Below, piece after piece: positions 27,528-36,593 of a stretch of 64,000 nucleotides of DNA; position 1 is the first letter of the stretch, and every line of letters starts with the position of its first letter. The stretch comes from a virus (lineage: Duplodnaviria > Caudoviricetes), in the IMG/VR virus record IMGVR_UViG_3300033463_000023, positions 80,189-144,188 of that record. One strand, written 5' to 3'. A program made the position numbers and the translations under genes. The notes beneath the pieces were generated by a model. It ran no database searches, was not told where the DNA came from, and worked only from the letters and a program-made list of their open reading frames with translations.

Positions 27528-29660
27528 ATGAATAACGTAGATGTTTACAGACTGTTCCAGGCGCAGTTCAACCGCCTGCAGGAGACAGGGAAGCTGTTCC
27601 GCTCCACGGTGACGGGACGGCAGGTGTGGGAGGCGTACATGCGGGGCTTCGACAACGACCCGATATGGCGCAGCCCGGAATCGAGCGAGCACAACTGCAA
27701 CACGTGCCGAAACTTCTTTGAGCGCTACGGCAACGTCGTGGCGATTGACGGCGACCTGAACGTGATGACGATGTTCGACGGCGAGACGACGGACGAGTAC
27801 CGCGAGTCGTTCCGCCTGATGTCGGAGCTGCTGAAGAGTGCGCCCGTCGGCGGCGTGTTCGTCGAGACGTTCAGCTATCTCAACAGCGTGCCTTACGAGA
27901 AGGCAAACCGCAACGCCGAGGACTTCGCGCTGGGCGTGGCACGTAACCAGAAGATCTACACCGAGGCCGAAGCCCGTCAGTTCGGCGTGGTCGAGGCGGG
28001 CCGCGTCTATACCTTTGATCACTTCATGGTGCGGCTCAACAAGAAGTTCGTGTCGTTCACCAATGACTCCCGCGAGGCGCTGGAAGCCCGCTACCGTGAG
28101 GACAAGGTGCAGCTGGAGAAGGCCTACAATACCATCGGCGAGGACACGCTGCAGCTGGTGATAGACCTGATCAGGCAGGGCTCGCTGCTCAACGGCGACG
28201 CCTACCTGAAGAAGGTGGAGGACTTCCGGGACATGATTCACAGCCTACATGCCTACGCCGACATGAACGACCAGCAGCGTGACAACCTATTCTGGAAGGA
28301 GAGCTACAAGTACCAGTACGCCCGCTTCCGCACCGAGCTCATCGGCACGCTCTGCACGGAGCTGGCCGAGGGCAAGGAGTTGGCGAAGGCTTGCACCGAC
28401 TGGAACAAGCGCGTGGATCCTGCCAACTACATGAAGGCGAAGGCCCCCATCACGCAGCAGATGATTGACGCGGCCAGGGCGTTCGTCACGGAGAACGGCT
28501 ACGAGCAGAGTTTCAACCGCCGCTGTGCCACGATGGAGGATATCAAGGTTTGCGACATCCTTCATGCCAACGCTGGCGACGGAACGATAAAACCCGTGAG
28601 CATCTTCGACGGACTGAAGCCCACGGCCACACGCCACAAGAGCAGCGAGTTTGATGGTGTTCCGGTGGTAGGCATCGACGAGTTCATGCGCGACATACTG
28701 CCGACGTGCAAGGCTGTGGAGGTGTATCTACAGAACCGCATGGAGAAGAACTTCGTGACGCTGACGGCTCCCGCAGTGGAGGACTCCAAACCCATCTTCA
28801 AGTGGCCTAACAACTTCGGCTGGACGTACAACGGCAACCTTGCCGGAAAGTCAGAGATACGCGAGGCGGTGAAGCAGGCAGGCGGCTTCGTTGACGCTTA
28901 CTTCCGTTTCTCAATCCTTTGGAACGAGAACGGGCAGGACATCTGCGACCTCGACGCTCATGCTTTTGAGCCAAACGGCACGGAGATATACTACTCGACC
29001 TACAAAGGACGCAAGACCCCCATTTGCGGCGGTATGCTCGACATCGACATGATACGACCTGAAGGCCGTGGCGTGGAGAACATCTTCTGGACTGACCCCG
29101 AAAGGCTCCAGGACGGCGACTACAAGTTTGGCATCGTGAACTACGACGACGGTCCCAACACCGTAACCAAGGCTGAAATCGCTATCGGTGACGAGGTGTT
29201 CCAGTACGAAGTACCTCACCGCATCCCTCACCGTCAGCCCGCATGGATTGCCACCGTCACCATCAAGGACGGACGCATGACCGCCATCAAGCACAGCGAC
29301 TACCTGAAGGACGGCAGCGGCATAGTGCGCGAAATCTACGGACTGCGTACCTGTGAGTTCCATCGCGTCAGCCTTGTGTGCCTCTCGCCTAACTACTGGC
29401 AGTCTGAGGTAGGCCACAAGCACTACTTCTTCATGCTCGACGGAGCAAAGGCACCGAAAGCCATCCGAGGATTCCACAACGAGTTCCTGACCGCCGACCT
29501 CTTAGACCACCGAAAGGTGATGGAAGTGCTCGGACAGACGCAGCAGGTAGAGAGCACCGACGGCCAGCTGTCGGGCTTAGGCTTCAATGCCACCGTGCGC
29601 GACGAGATGGTTGTCCGCGTCACGGGGAAGGACAACAGGGTTATCAGAATAAAATTCTAA
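27528..29660 (+). CDS. large hypothetical protein with CxxC and YfaP/DUF2135-like C-terminal region
   Basis: HNCNTC; DLDAHAFEPNGTEIYY...GGMLDIDM...VENIFW. Confidence 0.75.
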   Translation: MNNVDVYRLFQAQFNRLQETGKLFRSTVTGRQVWEAYMRGFDNDPIWRSPESSEHNCNTCRNFFERYGNVVAIDGDLNVMTMFDGETTDEYRESFRLMSELLKSAPVGGVFVETFSYLNSVPYEKANRNAEDFALGVARNQKIYTEAEARQFGVVEAGRVYTFDHFMVRLNKKFVSFTNDSREALEARYREDKVQLEKAYNTIGEDTLQLVIDLIRQGSLLNGDAYLKKVEDFRDMIHSLHAYADMNDQQRDNLFWKESYKYQYARFRTELIGTLCTELAEGKELAKACTDWNKRVDPANYMKAKAPITQQMIDAARAFVTENGYEQSFNRRCATMEDIKVCDILHANAGDGTIKPVSIFDGLKPTATRHKSSEFDGVPVVGIDEFMRDILPTCKAVEVYLQNRMEKNFVTLTAPAVEDSKPIFKWPNNFGWTYNGNLAGKSEIREAVKQAGGFVDAYFRFSILWNENGQDICDLDAHAFEPNGTEIYYSTYKGRKTPICGGMLDIDMIRPEGRGVENIFWTDPERLQDGDYKFGIVNYDDGPNTVTKAEIAIGDEVFQYEVPHRIPHRQPAWIATVTIKDGRMTAIKHSDYLKDGSGIVREIYGLRTCEFHRVSLVCLSPNYWQSEVGHKHYFFMLDGAKAPKAIRGFHNEFLTADLLDHRKVMEVLGQTQQVESTDGQLSGLGFNATVRDEMVVRVTGKDNRVIRIKF

Positions 29661-29679
29661 TCATTTAATCATTACAACT

Positions 29680-30066
29680 ATGTACAAGAAAGCAAGCCAA
29701 ATGAAACTGCGCATCGCCACCAGCCGTGGCATGCTGAGTGTAGAACATCTGTGGGATCTGCCGAAGGACGAGATCGGACAGATAGCCACCGACGTACACC
29801 GTACCATCAAGGAGGCCGAGGCCGCCGACGAACTGGGATTCCTCCGCCTGCCGGAGCGTAAGGAGCAGACAGCGGAAGAACTTACCTTCAACATCCTGAA
29901 GGACATCTATCTGACCAAGCAGGAAGAGGAGGATAAGGCTCACCGCCGCGCCAAGGCTCGCGAGAACAACCGCCGCATACTGGAACACATCGCCCGCAAG
30001 CAGGACGAGGAACTGGCCGGCAAGAGCATCGACGAGCTGCAGGCCATGCTCGAAGCAGAGGACTAA
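29680..30066 (+). CDS. hypothetical helical protein
   Basis: 128 aa, KLRIATSRGMLSVEHLWDLP. Confidence 0.75.
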   Translation: MYKKASQMKLRIATSRGMLSVEHLWDLPKDEIGQIATDVHRTIKEAEAADELGFLRLPERKEQTAEELTFNILKDIYLTKQEEEDKAHRRAKARENNRRILEHIARKQDEELAGKSIDELQAMLEAED

Positions 30067-30269
30067 GCGATATGAATGCTCGGCATGCAGGTTCTGGATG
30101 AAGTCGCAGACGCACGGTAACCATTGTGTCTGCTTGGGCAGGAAGCCGTGCGACCGCGACCGGCGCGACAAGGTGGCGGAACACCGCAAGAAGCACAACA
30201 GGCGCCGCCAGAAATGGGAGTAAAGACAAATTGAACGGATTAATATTTTCAATTCAAAACGAGAGAACT

Positions 30270-30893
30270 ATGTTTGAGAACATGCAGCAGACCTTCAATG
30301 GTCTATTTGGTAAGATTGCACCGGGTATGTGCCGTCTTACGATGAACGGCAACATTGCCGTTAAGTGCAGTAACGGTTACAAGTGCTACAACGTGAAGAA
30401 GGGCACTTTGACCAACGTGACTAACTTCTGCTTCAACGTGGGCGACGAGATGTTCTTCGTCATCCCGACGAACAAGGTGGAGGTTGGCGACATCATTCTC
30501 GTGCAGGGCAAGCCCAAGTGCGTGACGGCTGCCGACAAGAAGGTGATTACAGTGATCGACTACGAGAACTCTGAGGTGCGTCAGGTAGTGCCAGAGCGTC
30601 ATGTGTTCATGGGCAGCACGTATTTCTATGGTAAGGTCATTTCGATGTTCGGCAACTCGTTTAAGCAGGGCAAGGGTCTTGGCAACGTGATGAAGATGAT
30701 GATGTTCTCGCAGATGATGGGCGGCGGCAACGCTGGCGGTGGCACAATGGGCAACCTCGGTCAGATGATGGCGATGTCGATGTTCATGGGCGGTGGCAGC
30801 AATCCTTTCGAGGGTATGTTTGACTTCTCACTCGATGCACCTGCCGATGAGGACGACGATGAAACTGAAAGTGAAACAAAAAATGAAGATTAA
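30270..30893 (+). CDS. hypothetical protein with Met/Gly-rich tail
   Basis: ATG 30270 (MFENMQQ); beta-rich core; MMMFSQMMGGG...MMAMSMFMGGG tail. Confidence 0.75.
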   Translation: MFENMQQTFNGLFGKIAPGMCRLTMNGNIAVKCSNGYKCYNVKKGTLTNVTNFCFNVGDEMFFVIPTNKVEVGDIILVQGKPKCVTAADKKVITVIDYENSEVRQVVPERHVFMGSTYFYGKVISMFGNSFKQGKGLGNVMKMMMFSQMMGGGNAGGGTMGNLGQMMAMSMFMGGGSNPFEGMFDFSLDAPADEDDDETESETKNED

Positions 30894-30895
30894 TT

Positions 30896-30991
30896 ATGGG
30901 AGCAATTAACAAAACCGATTTTCGCGAGTATGGTAAGACTGAGGAGCAGACTCAGCATGTAGAGAACACTGAAAAGAAGCAGGAGGAATAG
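30896..30991 (+). CDS. 31-aa peptide
   Basis: MGAINKTDFREYGKTEEQTQHVENTEKKQEE; 2-nt gaps to both neighbours. Confidence 0.5.
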   Translation: MGAINKTDFREYGKTEEQTQHVENTEKKQEE

Positions 30992-30993
30992 TC

Positions 30994-31872
30994 ATGGGTA
31001 GCGGAACAGTATCACACAGCAGTCTGAAGAGCTATGCTTCTTCTTTGGGCCGCTCTTACGACAGCAGTACAGGACGTGTGAAGGGTCAGACCTTCGAGGC
31101 ACGTAATATTGATCCGACGCTCAACCCTCGCGGTTTCAAAGTCCGTGAGTGTTGCAACAGCGACGAGCACCCTAACACGGTGCCCGTCATCCTGGCACTC
31201 GACGTGACCGGATCTATGGGCGAAGCCTGCGCTGAGACCGCTGCAGCCCTCGGCAAGATTGTCACCAGCCTTTACGACAAGTTTGCCGACATCGAGTTCT
31301 GCATCATGGGCATTGGCGACCTCGACTACGACCACGCCCCAATCCAGATGAGCCAGTTCGAGAGTGACGTGCGCATCGCCGTGTCGCTCGACAAGGTGTT
31401 CATGGAGCATGGCGGTGGCGGCAACGGCTTTGAGAGTTATACCGCCGCATGGTATATGGGCTTGCATCGCACGAAGCTCGACTGCTACGACAAGCAGGGT
31501 CGCAAGGGTATCATCATCACAATGGGCGACGAGCCCCTGAATCCCTATCTGCCAGCCCGTGAACTGAACCCCTGCATCGACGCTACGGAAGAGCGCGACA
31601 TCGAGACGCCGCTGCTCTACAACCAGGCATCGCAGAAGTTCGACATCTTCCACATAGCCGTTGACAGTCCCCGCTGCTGCTACCGTCGCTATCAGCACGA
31701 CGTTGACAATTCTTTCGGTCAGCAGCTTGGCTCACGCTACAAGGTTTCGACCATCGACAGTCTGGCGCAGACCATCGAGGACTGCATCGCAGAGAGTATT
31801 CAAGGCGTGGCCGCTGCCCCTGCTCAGGAGGCACAGCCCGCACAGCAGAATAGTAACGGCATCAGTTGGTAA
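30994..31872 (+). CDS. vWA (von Willebrand A) domain protein
   Basis: VILALDVTGSMG MIDAS-like motif, GGGGNGFESY, IITMGDE. Confidence 0.85.
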   Translation: MGSGTVSHSSLKSYASSLGRSYDSSTGRVKGQTFEARNIDPTLNPRGFKVRECCNSDEHPNTVPVILALDVTGSMGEACAETAAALGKIVTSLYDKFADIEFCIMGIGDLDYDHAPIQMSQFESDVRIAVSLDKVFMEHGGGGNGFESYTAAWYMGLHRTKLDCYDKQGRKGIIITMGDEPLNPYLPARELNPCIDATEERDIETPLLYNQASQKFDIFHIAVDSPRCCYRRYQHDVDNSFGQQLGSRYKVSTIDSLAQTIEDCIAESIQGVAAAPAQEAQPAQQNSNGISW

Positions 31873-31876
31873 GCGT

Positions 31877-32947
31877 ATGAAGGCAAGTATCGTAATCGGT
31901 GCAAACTACGGCGACGAGGGCAAGGGAACCGTCGTTGCACGGCTCGCCAAGGAGAGCACCAACGTACTGAACATCCTCACGAATGGAGGCTCACAGCGTG
32001 GGCACTCCATTCTCACCAAGGACGGCTCGATGACGTTCCAGCACTTCGGCAGCGGCACCTACCACGGAGCCGACTCGTACTACGGTCCTGAATATGTGCT
32101 GAACCCCATGCAGTTCGTCAAAGAGTACACGGAACTGATTCGCAAGCCGGAGCATATTTATCGCGACCGCCGCTGCCGTTGGTCAACGCCCTACGACGTG
32201 ATGGCCAACCTCATTGACGAGGAACAGCGCCGTCGCAAGGCCAGCTGCGGCATGGGTATCTGGTTCACCATCCGACGCTGCAATCAGACCCCCATCATGC
32301 TGTTCGAAGACTTCATGCACCTTACGCCATCCATCCAGGAAGCCTATCTCGATGGTGTGATGCGATACTACGAGCGGCAGATGGACATCTCGAAAAAGTG
32401 GCGTGACATCTGGTTTTCCGACGGTGTGCGATCTCACTTCTATAAAGACTGTGAAACCATGCAATCGCTGACCACTGTGGCTGACCTAAAGAATATCACC
32501 GGCTACGACCACCTCATATTCGAGAACGGTCAGGGCCTGCTACTCAGCGACACAGGCCGCGACACCGCCGACACCACCCCGTCGGACACCGGCATCCAGT
32601 ACGGCCTTCGTATGGCCCGCGAGTGCGGCATTACCGACATCACCGCCCACTACGTCACCCGTCCCTACCTCACCCGTCACGGCGACGGAGCGATGGAGTC
32701 AGAAGTGATGCACCGTCACACCATCAGCCGCGACGTGCAACCCGACCGTACCAATGAGTACAACGAGCATCAAGGCCAGTTCCGTTACGGCGGTCTCGAC
32801 ATCAACCGACTGTGGCAGCGCATCCATGCCGACGCAAAAGATGTGCCCTACGTCGTAGAACTTACACACTGCGACGAAATGAACCGCGAACCCGACTTCC
32901 GTTGCACATTCGAGAAGGTCATCTGCACCGACAAGGCAATGGTATAA
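31877..32947 (+). CDS. divergent adenylosuccinate synthetase-like (PurA-fold) GTP-dependent ligase
   Basis: GANYGDEGKG, GGSQRGH, FENGQGLLL and YLTRHG motifs; ATG 31877. Confidence 0.85.
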   Translation: MKASIVIGANYGDEGKGTVVARLAKESTNVLNILTNGGSQRGHSILTKDGSMTFQHFGSGTYHGADSYYGPEYVLNPMQFVKEYTELIRKPEHIYRDRRCRWSTPYDVMANLIDEEQRRRKASCGMGIWFTIRRCNQTPIMLFEDFMHLTPSIQEAYLDGVMRYYERQMDISKKWRDIWFSDGVRSHFYKDCETMQSLTTVADLKNITGYDHLIFENGQGLLLSDTGRDTADTTPSDTGIQYGLRMARECGITDITAHYVTRPYLTRHGDGAMESEVMHRHTISRDVQPDRTNEYNEHQGQFRYGGLDINRLWQRIHADAKDVPYVVELTHCDEMNREPDFRCTFEKVICTDKAMV

Positions 32948-32964
32948 TATAAAGGATTAGCGAT

Positions 32965-33315
32965 ATGGACAATACGAAATTTACGCCCGTCTGTATGGCG
33001 GAAGAGTTCTGGGCCTGCTCGCAGTTCTCGGTGGCGAGGCATACCGGACACATCAGACTCAACGGTCACGAGTACGTGATCGTGAACAAGGAGGGCAAGG
33101 ATATCTTCCAGTGCAGCATCGAGGCGGAGAAGGCTGGACGAGACAAGGCCATCGAGCCCGGCGAGCCCGCAGACCTCTGCCGCCGGGACTTCGTGATGTA
33201 CTACCGCAGGCTGGGCCGCGACGCGTTCCTCCAGGTGCTGAAGGACAACCCAGCCGCCACCGACAGGGAGCTGATGAAGATCTACAAGGAGAGAATCAAG
33301 GAGGAAAAGATATGA
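32965..33315 (+). CDS. hypothetical protein
   Basis: 116-aa ORF. Confidence 0.7.
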   Translation: MDNTKFTPVCMAEEFWACSQFSVARHTGHIRLNGHEYVIVNKEGKDIFQCSIEAEKAGRDKAIEPGEPADLCRRDFVMYYRRLGRDAFLQVLKDNPAATDRELMKIYKERIKEEKI

Positions 33316-33638
33316 ACGAGCAGTTTGACATAGTGAACCTCCTGAACAACAAGGAGGCGCTGATAAGGTACATCCTCGGCATGATCACGTCGGGCGAGAA
33401 GTTCGCCCAGAACCTGCCGCAGATGCGCGAGCGGGGATGGAGCGAGCAGGGCATGCTTGACAAGGTGATCGAGATAACCGCCATACAGTCGCAGCAGATC
33501 AAGCACCTGGCGCTGGTGGCCCTGATCGCCGTGCAGTCGAGCGACTTCGACGGCAGCGTGGGCGAGATGATGGTCAAGATGGGCCGCGGCGAGGAGGCGC
33601 TGAAGGCGATGTTCGACGCGAAGCTGAAAGGGAAATAG
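33312..33638 (+). CDS. hypothetical protein
   Basis: ATG 33312, ATGA-coupled. Confidence 0.7.
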   Translation: MNEQFDIVNLLNNKEALIRYILGMITSGEKFAQNLPQMRERGWSEQGMLDKVIEITAIQSQQIKHLALVALIAVQSSDFDGSVGEMMVKMGRGEEALKAMFDAKLKGK

Positions 33639-33641
33639 GAC

Positions 33642-34088
33642 ATGAGGAAGATACCTGTTTACTACCAGAAGTTCATAGTCGACCTGAAGGACTGCAGGCA
33701 CGGCGACTGGGTCTACGACGACGAGGGACGGCTGTGCTTCGTCGAGGTCAGGCCGGGAGACGGCGAACACGGACCGTGCTACTCGCTTCACAGCTACGGC
33801 ATCGAGACGTGGTGCCCCGGCAATACGGCCGTCTTTCCGCTGTCCCTCGCGACGATGGCGATCGCGAGGGACATGGAGGCGCACCGCGACAAGTACCACA
33901 GGGCGGGCATCATGAACCCCGCCTTCTCGCGGGAGCTGAGGGAGGAGTTCATCAACCTCATGCTCGTCGACGACGAGGCCGACGACTGCAGGGAGCAGTA
34001 CAGGGCGATATGGGGGCGGATGAACGCCCGCCTCGAGGAGCGGCTGAGAAGCGCGGAGGTATTACACATCAACAGAAAGGGGAACTGA
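33642..34088 (+). CDS. hypothetical protein
   Basis: 148-aa ORF. Confidence 0.7.
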   Translation: MRKIPVYYQKFIVDLKDCRHGDWVYDDEGRLCFVEVRPGDGEHGPCYSLHSYGIETWCPGNTAVFPLSLATMAIARDMEAHRDKYHRAGIMNPAFSRELREEFINLMLVDDEADDCREQYRAIWGRMNARLEERLRSAEVLHINRKGN

Positions 34089-34090
34089 GC

Positions 34091-34255
34091 ATGCGGTACA
34101 TGGTGATAATGAGGGACAGCTCGGCGTTCATGACCGACTGGTACAGGTACGGGAACTGCTGGACGGAGGACATCTTCTGCGTGGTGGACACATGCGCGGA
34201 CAGCGTGACCTTCGACGGCAGGGAGTGGCAGGACGCGGGGAGGGACCATCTATGA
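34091..34255 (+). CDS. small hypothetical protein
   Basis: 54 aa (MRYMVIMRD...), coupled to the next gene. Confidence 0.55.
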   Translation: MRYMVIMRDSSAFMTDWYRYGNCWTEDIFCVVDTCADSVTFDGREWQDAGRDHL

Positions 34256-34491
34256 ACTGGATCAGGACATCGGAACGGCTGCCGGCGACTGACATGTCCG
34301 GCGAGAGCGAGTACGTGCTGGCGTACAGGGGGCGGCGCTGCATCCCGCAGATCGTGAAGTACTCCGACGGCACGGACGCCAAGCGCGGGTGGTGGACGCA
34401 GAGCTTCGGGCACATCCCCTTCCATACCGGCCGCGGAAGCAGGCGCCGCCTGACGTTCACGCACTGGTGCGAGATAGAATATCCGGAATAA
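34252..34491 (+). CDS. DUF551-like small phage protein
   Basis: MNWIRTSERLP...VL...FTHWCEI pattern. Confidence 0.65.
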   Translation: MNWIRTSERLPATDMSGESEYVLAYRGRRCIPQIVKYSDGTDAKRGWWTQSFGHIPFHTGRGSRRRLTFTHWCEIEYPE

Positions 34492-34513
34492 ACAAACATA
34501 AAGGAAACAGGTT

Positions 34514-34735
34514 ATGAAACAGACAGACATCAAGAGGCTCGAGAAGGCGGTCGAGCTCTACAAGAAGATCGAGGCGGTGTTAGACAAGGCGTGCGACAGC
34601 ATCGAGAGCCAGCCGACGGAGTACTTCTTCCGCGGCGAGCAGACGACGTCCCGGCTGGTGAAGGAGATGTACGAGGCCGCCATCAGGGAGCGCAAGTACA
34701 TCGAAGGGAAGATAAACGCATTCAAGGAGCTGTGA
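34514..34735 (+). CDS. hypothetical protein
   Basis: 73-aa ORF. Confidence 0.65.
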   Translation: MKQTDIKRLEKAVELYKKIEAVLDKACDSIESQPTEYFFRGEQTTSRLVKEMYEAAIRERKYIEGKINAFKEL

Positions 34736-34737
34736 TT

Positions 34738-34998
34738 ATGGGAAGACCTGTAGGAAACGGACTGATAGAACTCGTCGACGAGAAATCGAGCGACCATGGG
34801 TTCTTCTGCATGAAGCTGGTGGGCTACATCGGCGAGGAGAGCAAGGAGCAGCTGACGCTCGACTACCAAGACCTGTGGGAACTGCGCTTCTCCGAGGCCA
34901 AGGCGGGCCGTTGTGCCTACCGCGACGCCTGCCCCATCCATGCCAGGGCGGTGGCGAAGCGCGGGAAACAGCCGGTACAACTGACACTCAATTTCTAA
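34738..34998 (+). CDS. hypothetical Cys-containing protein
   Basis: ATG 34738 (MGRPVGNG...CAYRDACPIH). Confidence 0.65.
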   Translation: MGRPVGNGLIELVDEKSSDHGFFCMKLVGYIGEESKEQLTLDYQDLWELRFSEAKAGRCAYRDACPIHARAVAKRGKQPVQLTLNF

Positions 34999-35002
34999 AG
35001 AT

Positions 35003-35266
35003 ATGACACGGGCAACACATTTCATCGAAACTATCAGTGGTGAATGGATAAAGGGAGCGTCGCAACTGATACCAAACCTGCAGGAAGGTCAGTTCGTGAT
35101 AACGATGGACGGCAAGGAAAAGGACTACAGGAAATGGCGTTGGCGAATAGACAAGATAGAAACGATCATTGGAAGCGGTGTCGATTCAGTCCTGCAAAAC
35201 GTGTTTATGACCTGCTGTGGTCCCGAAGATCAATGGCAAAAATTCGTAGAAGGGAAAAAGGAATAA
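35003..35266 (+). CDS. hypothetical protein
   Basis: 87-aa ORF. Confidence 0.6.
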   Translation: MTRATHFIETISGEWIKGASQLIPNLQEGQFVITMDGKEKDYRKWRWRIDKIETIIGSGVDSVLQNVFMTCCGPEDQWQKFVEGKKE

Positions 35267-35270
35267 CAAT

Positions 35271-35822
35271 ATGAACGAGAAGAAGACAGTAGAGCACGCC
35301 GCGAGTGTTATCAAGGCGATGCAAGAAGAGTATGCCAAAGGTGTCATCAAGGATTGGGAAATGCCACCGATGGTGAACATGAAGACGGGAGACACCACAG
35401 GTTTTGCCGTAGTGATTCAGGTCGGCACAAAGTACGACTACGACGAAGAGCTGCTCAGACAATGGAAGGAGCGATTCGATGCCGACGAGTACAAAATCAG
35501 CGCACGGCGCAATCAGTTGTGGCTGACGTTCACGATTCGGACATTCGTGCCGACGGATGCGCACATCGCTAAGATGGCACACGCAATCGGACTCGACAAT
35601 GAGCGACCAGAAGAGGGAGGGTGTTATAAGGCATACCGCAACGGCTCATGGTACGACGAACCTGACCAGCTGTGGGATGAACTGGTTGTGTCCGGCTATG
35701 CCACCGACCAACGCAGGGAGAAGGATTACAGTTACTATGTCACGCCGAAGGGTATGCAATTCCTCGCACGGCATCATAAGATAATGATTAAGTACACCGA
35801 AGAGTACGAAGGGAGGGTCTGA
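35271..35822 (+). CDS. hypothetical protein
   Basis: 183-aa ORF. Confidence 0.7.
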   Translation: MNEKKTVEHAASVIKAMQEEYAKGVIKDWEMPPMVNMKTGDTTGFAVVIQVGTKYDYDEELLRQWKERFDADEYKISARRNQLWLTFTIRTFVPTDAHIAKMAHAIGLDNERPEEGGCYKAYRNGSWYDEPDQLWDELVVSGYATDQRREKDYSYYVTPKGMQFLARHHKIMIKYTEEYEGRV

Positions 35823-35825
35823 CCG

Positions 35826-36287
35826 ATGGTACTACACAGATTCATGTCGAAGCGGGAGTACGACGCACTGATGACGGGCGAGGTGCTGCGCAACGATACC
35901 GACCACGGGGCGATGGGGCAGAAGACGGACAGCGTGGGCTTCTGTTTCTTCCCCGAGCCGCCCGACGAGGCGATACACTGGCTGTCGTTCATCGTCGATG
36001 CCGACGTCTGCGTGACGATGGAGATACCCGACGCGCTGCTGCGCAAGTCGAAAGGCCGTTACCGCGACGTGGAGAAAGACAAAGGCAACGGGCTATTCGA
36101 CGAGCCGCCGATGCTGTGGCGCACGGAATACTGCCTGACGGAGTACAGCCTGCAGACCGTCCGCGTGCTGCACGTTACCGACCAGTACAAGTGGTATGGC
36201 CGCATTCCCGAGAACGCTTCCTTCTTCGAGCGCATCGAACGGCTCCGTATGGTGGGCGAAATGGAGAACAAGCGATTAAAAAATTAA
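35826..36287 (+). CDS. hypothetical protein
   Basis: 153-aa ORF. Confidence 0.7.
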   Translation: MVLHRFMSKREYDALMTGEVLRNDTDHGAMGQKTDSVGFCFFPEPPDEAIHWLSFIVDADVCVTMEIPDALLRKSKGRYRDVEKDKGNGLFDEPPMLWRTEYCLTEYSLQTVRVLHVTDQYKWYGRIPENASFFERIERLRMVGEMENKRLKN

Positions 36288-36299
36288 AGATTTAGCGAT

Positions 36300-36590
36300 A
36301 TGATTAACAATTTCAAACTGACGGGGGAGATTCACGCCGACATCCCAACGGTATGCGAGGCCATTGAATATGCAAAGGCTTTGGTCGATGGGCTTATGGA
36401 GGAAGCCACGGGTAAGATGAACATCAAGGAGCATCCGAGGAACACGGCTGTGTTCGTGGATATGCTCGAACTGCAAAAGACGGTGGCTCAGGCGAAATCC
36501 TGCACTGACCGTCTGGCTTGGGACGAGAAGCGGCGGTTCTATGGCCCGCTGGCTGACAGAGACGACATTTTCATTGGTAAACACGATTGA
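36300..36590 (+). CDS. hypothetical protein
   Basis: 96-aa ORF. Confidence 0.65.
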   Translation: MINNFKLTGEIHADIPTVCEAIEYAKALVDGLMEEATGKMNIKEHPRNTAVFVDMLELQKTVAQAKSCTDRLAWDEKRRFYGPLADRDDIFIGKHD

Positions 36591-36593
36591 CGT

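Noticed and set aside
31877-32947. PurZ / 2-aminoadenine (Z) genome
   Set aside because: The motif is GDEGKG with Asp retained, not the Ser form of PurZ; no DatZ-like HD hydrolase or DNA polymerase is recognisable in the window
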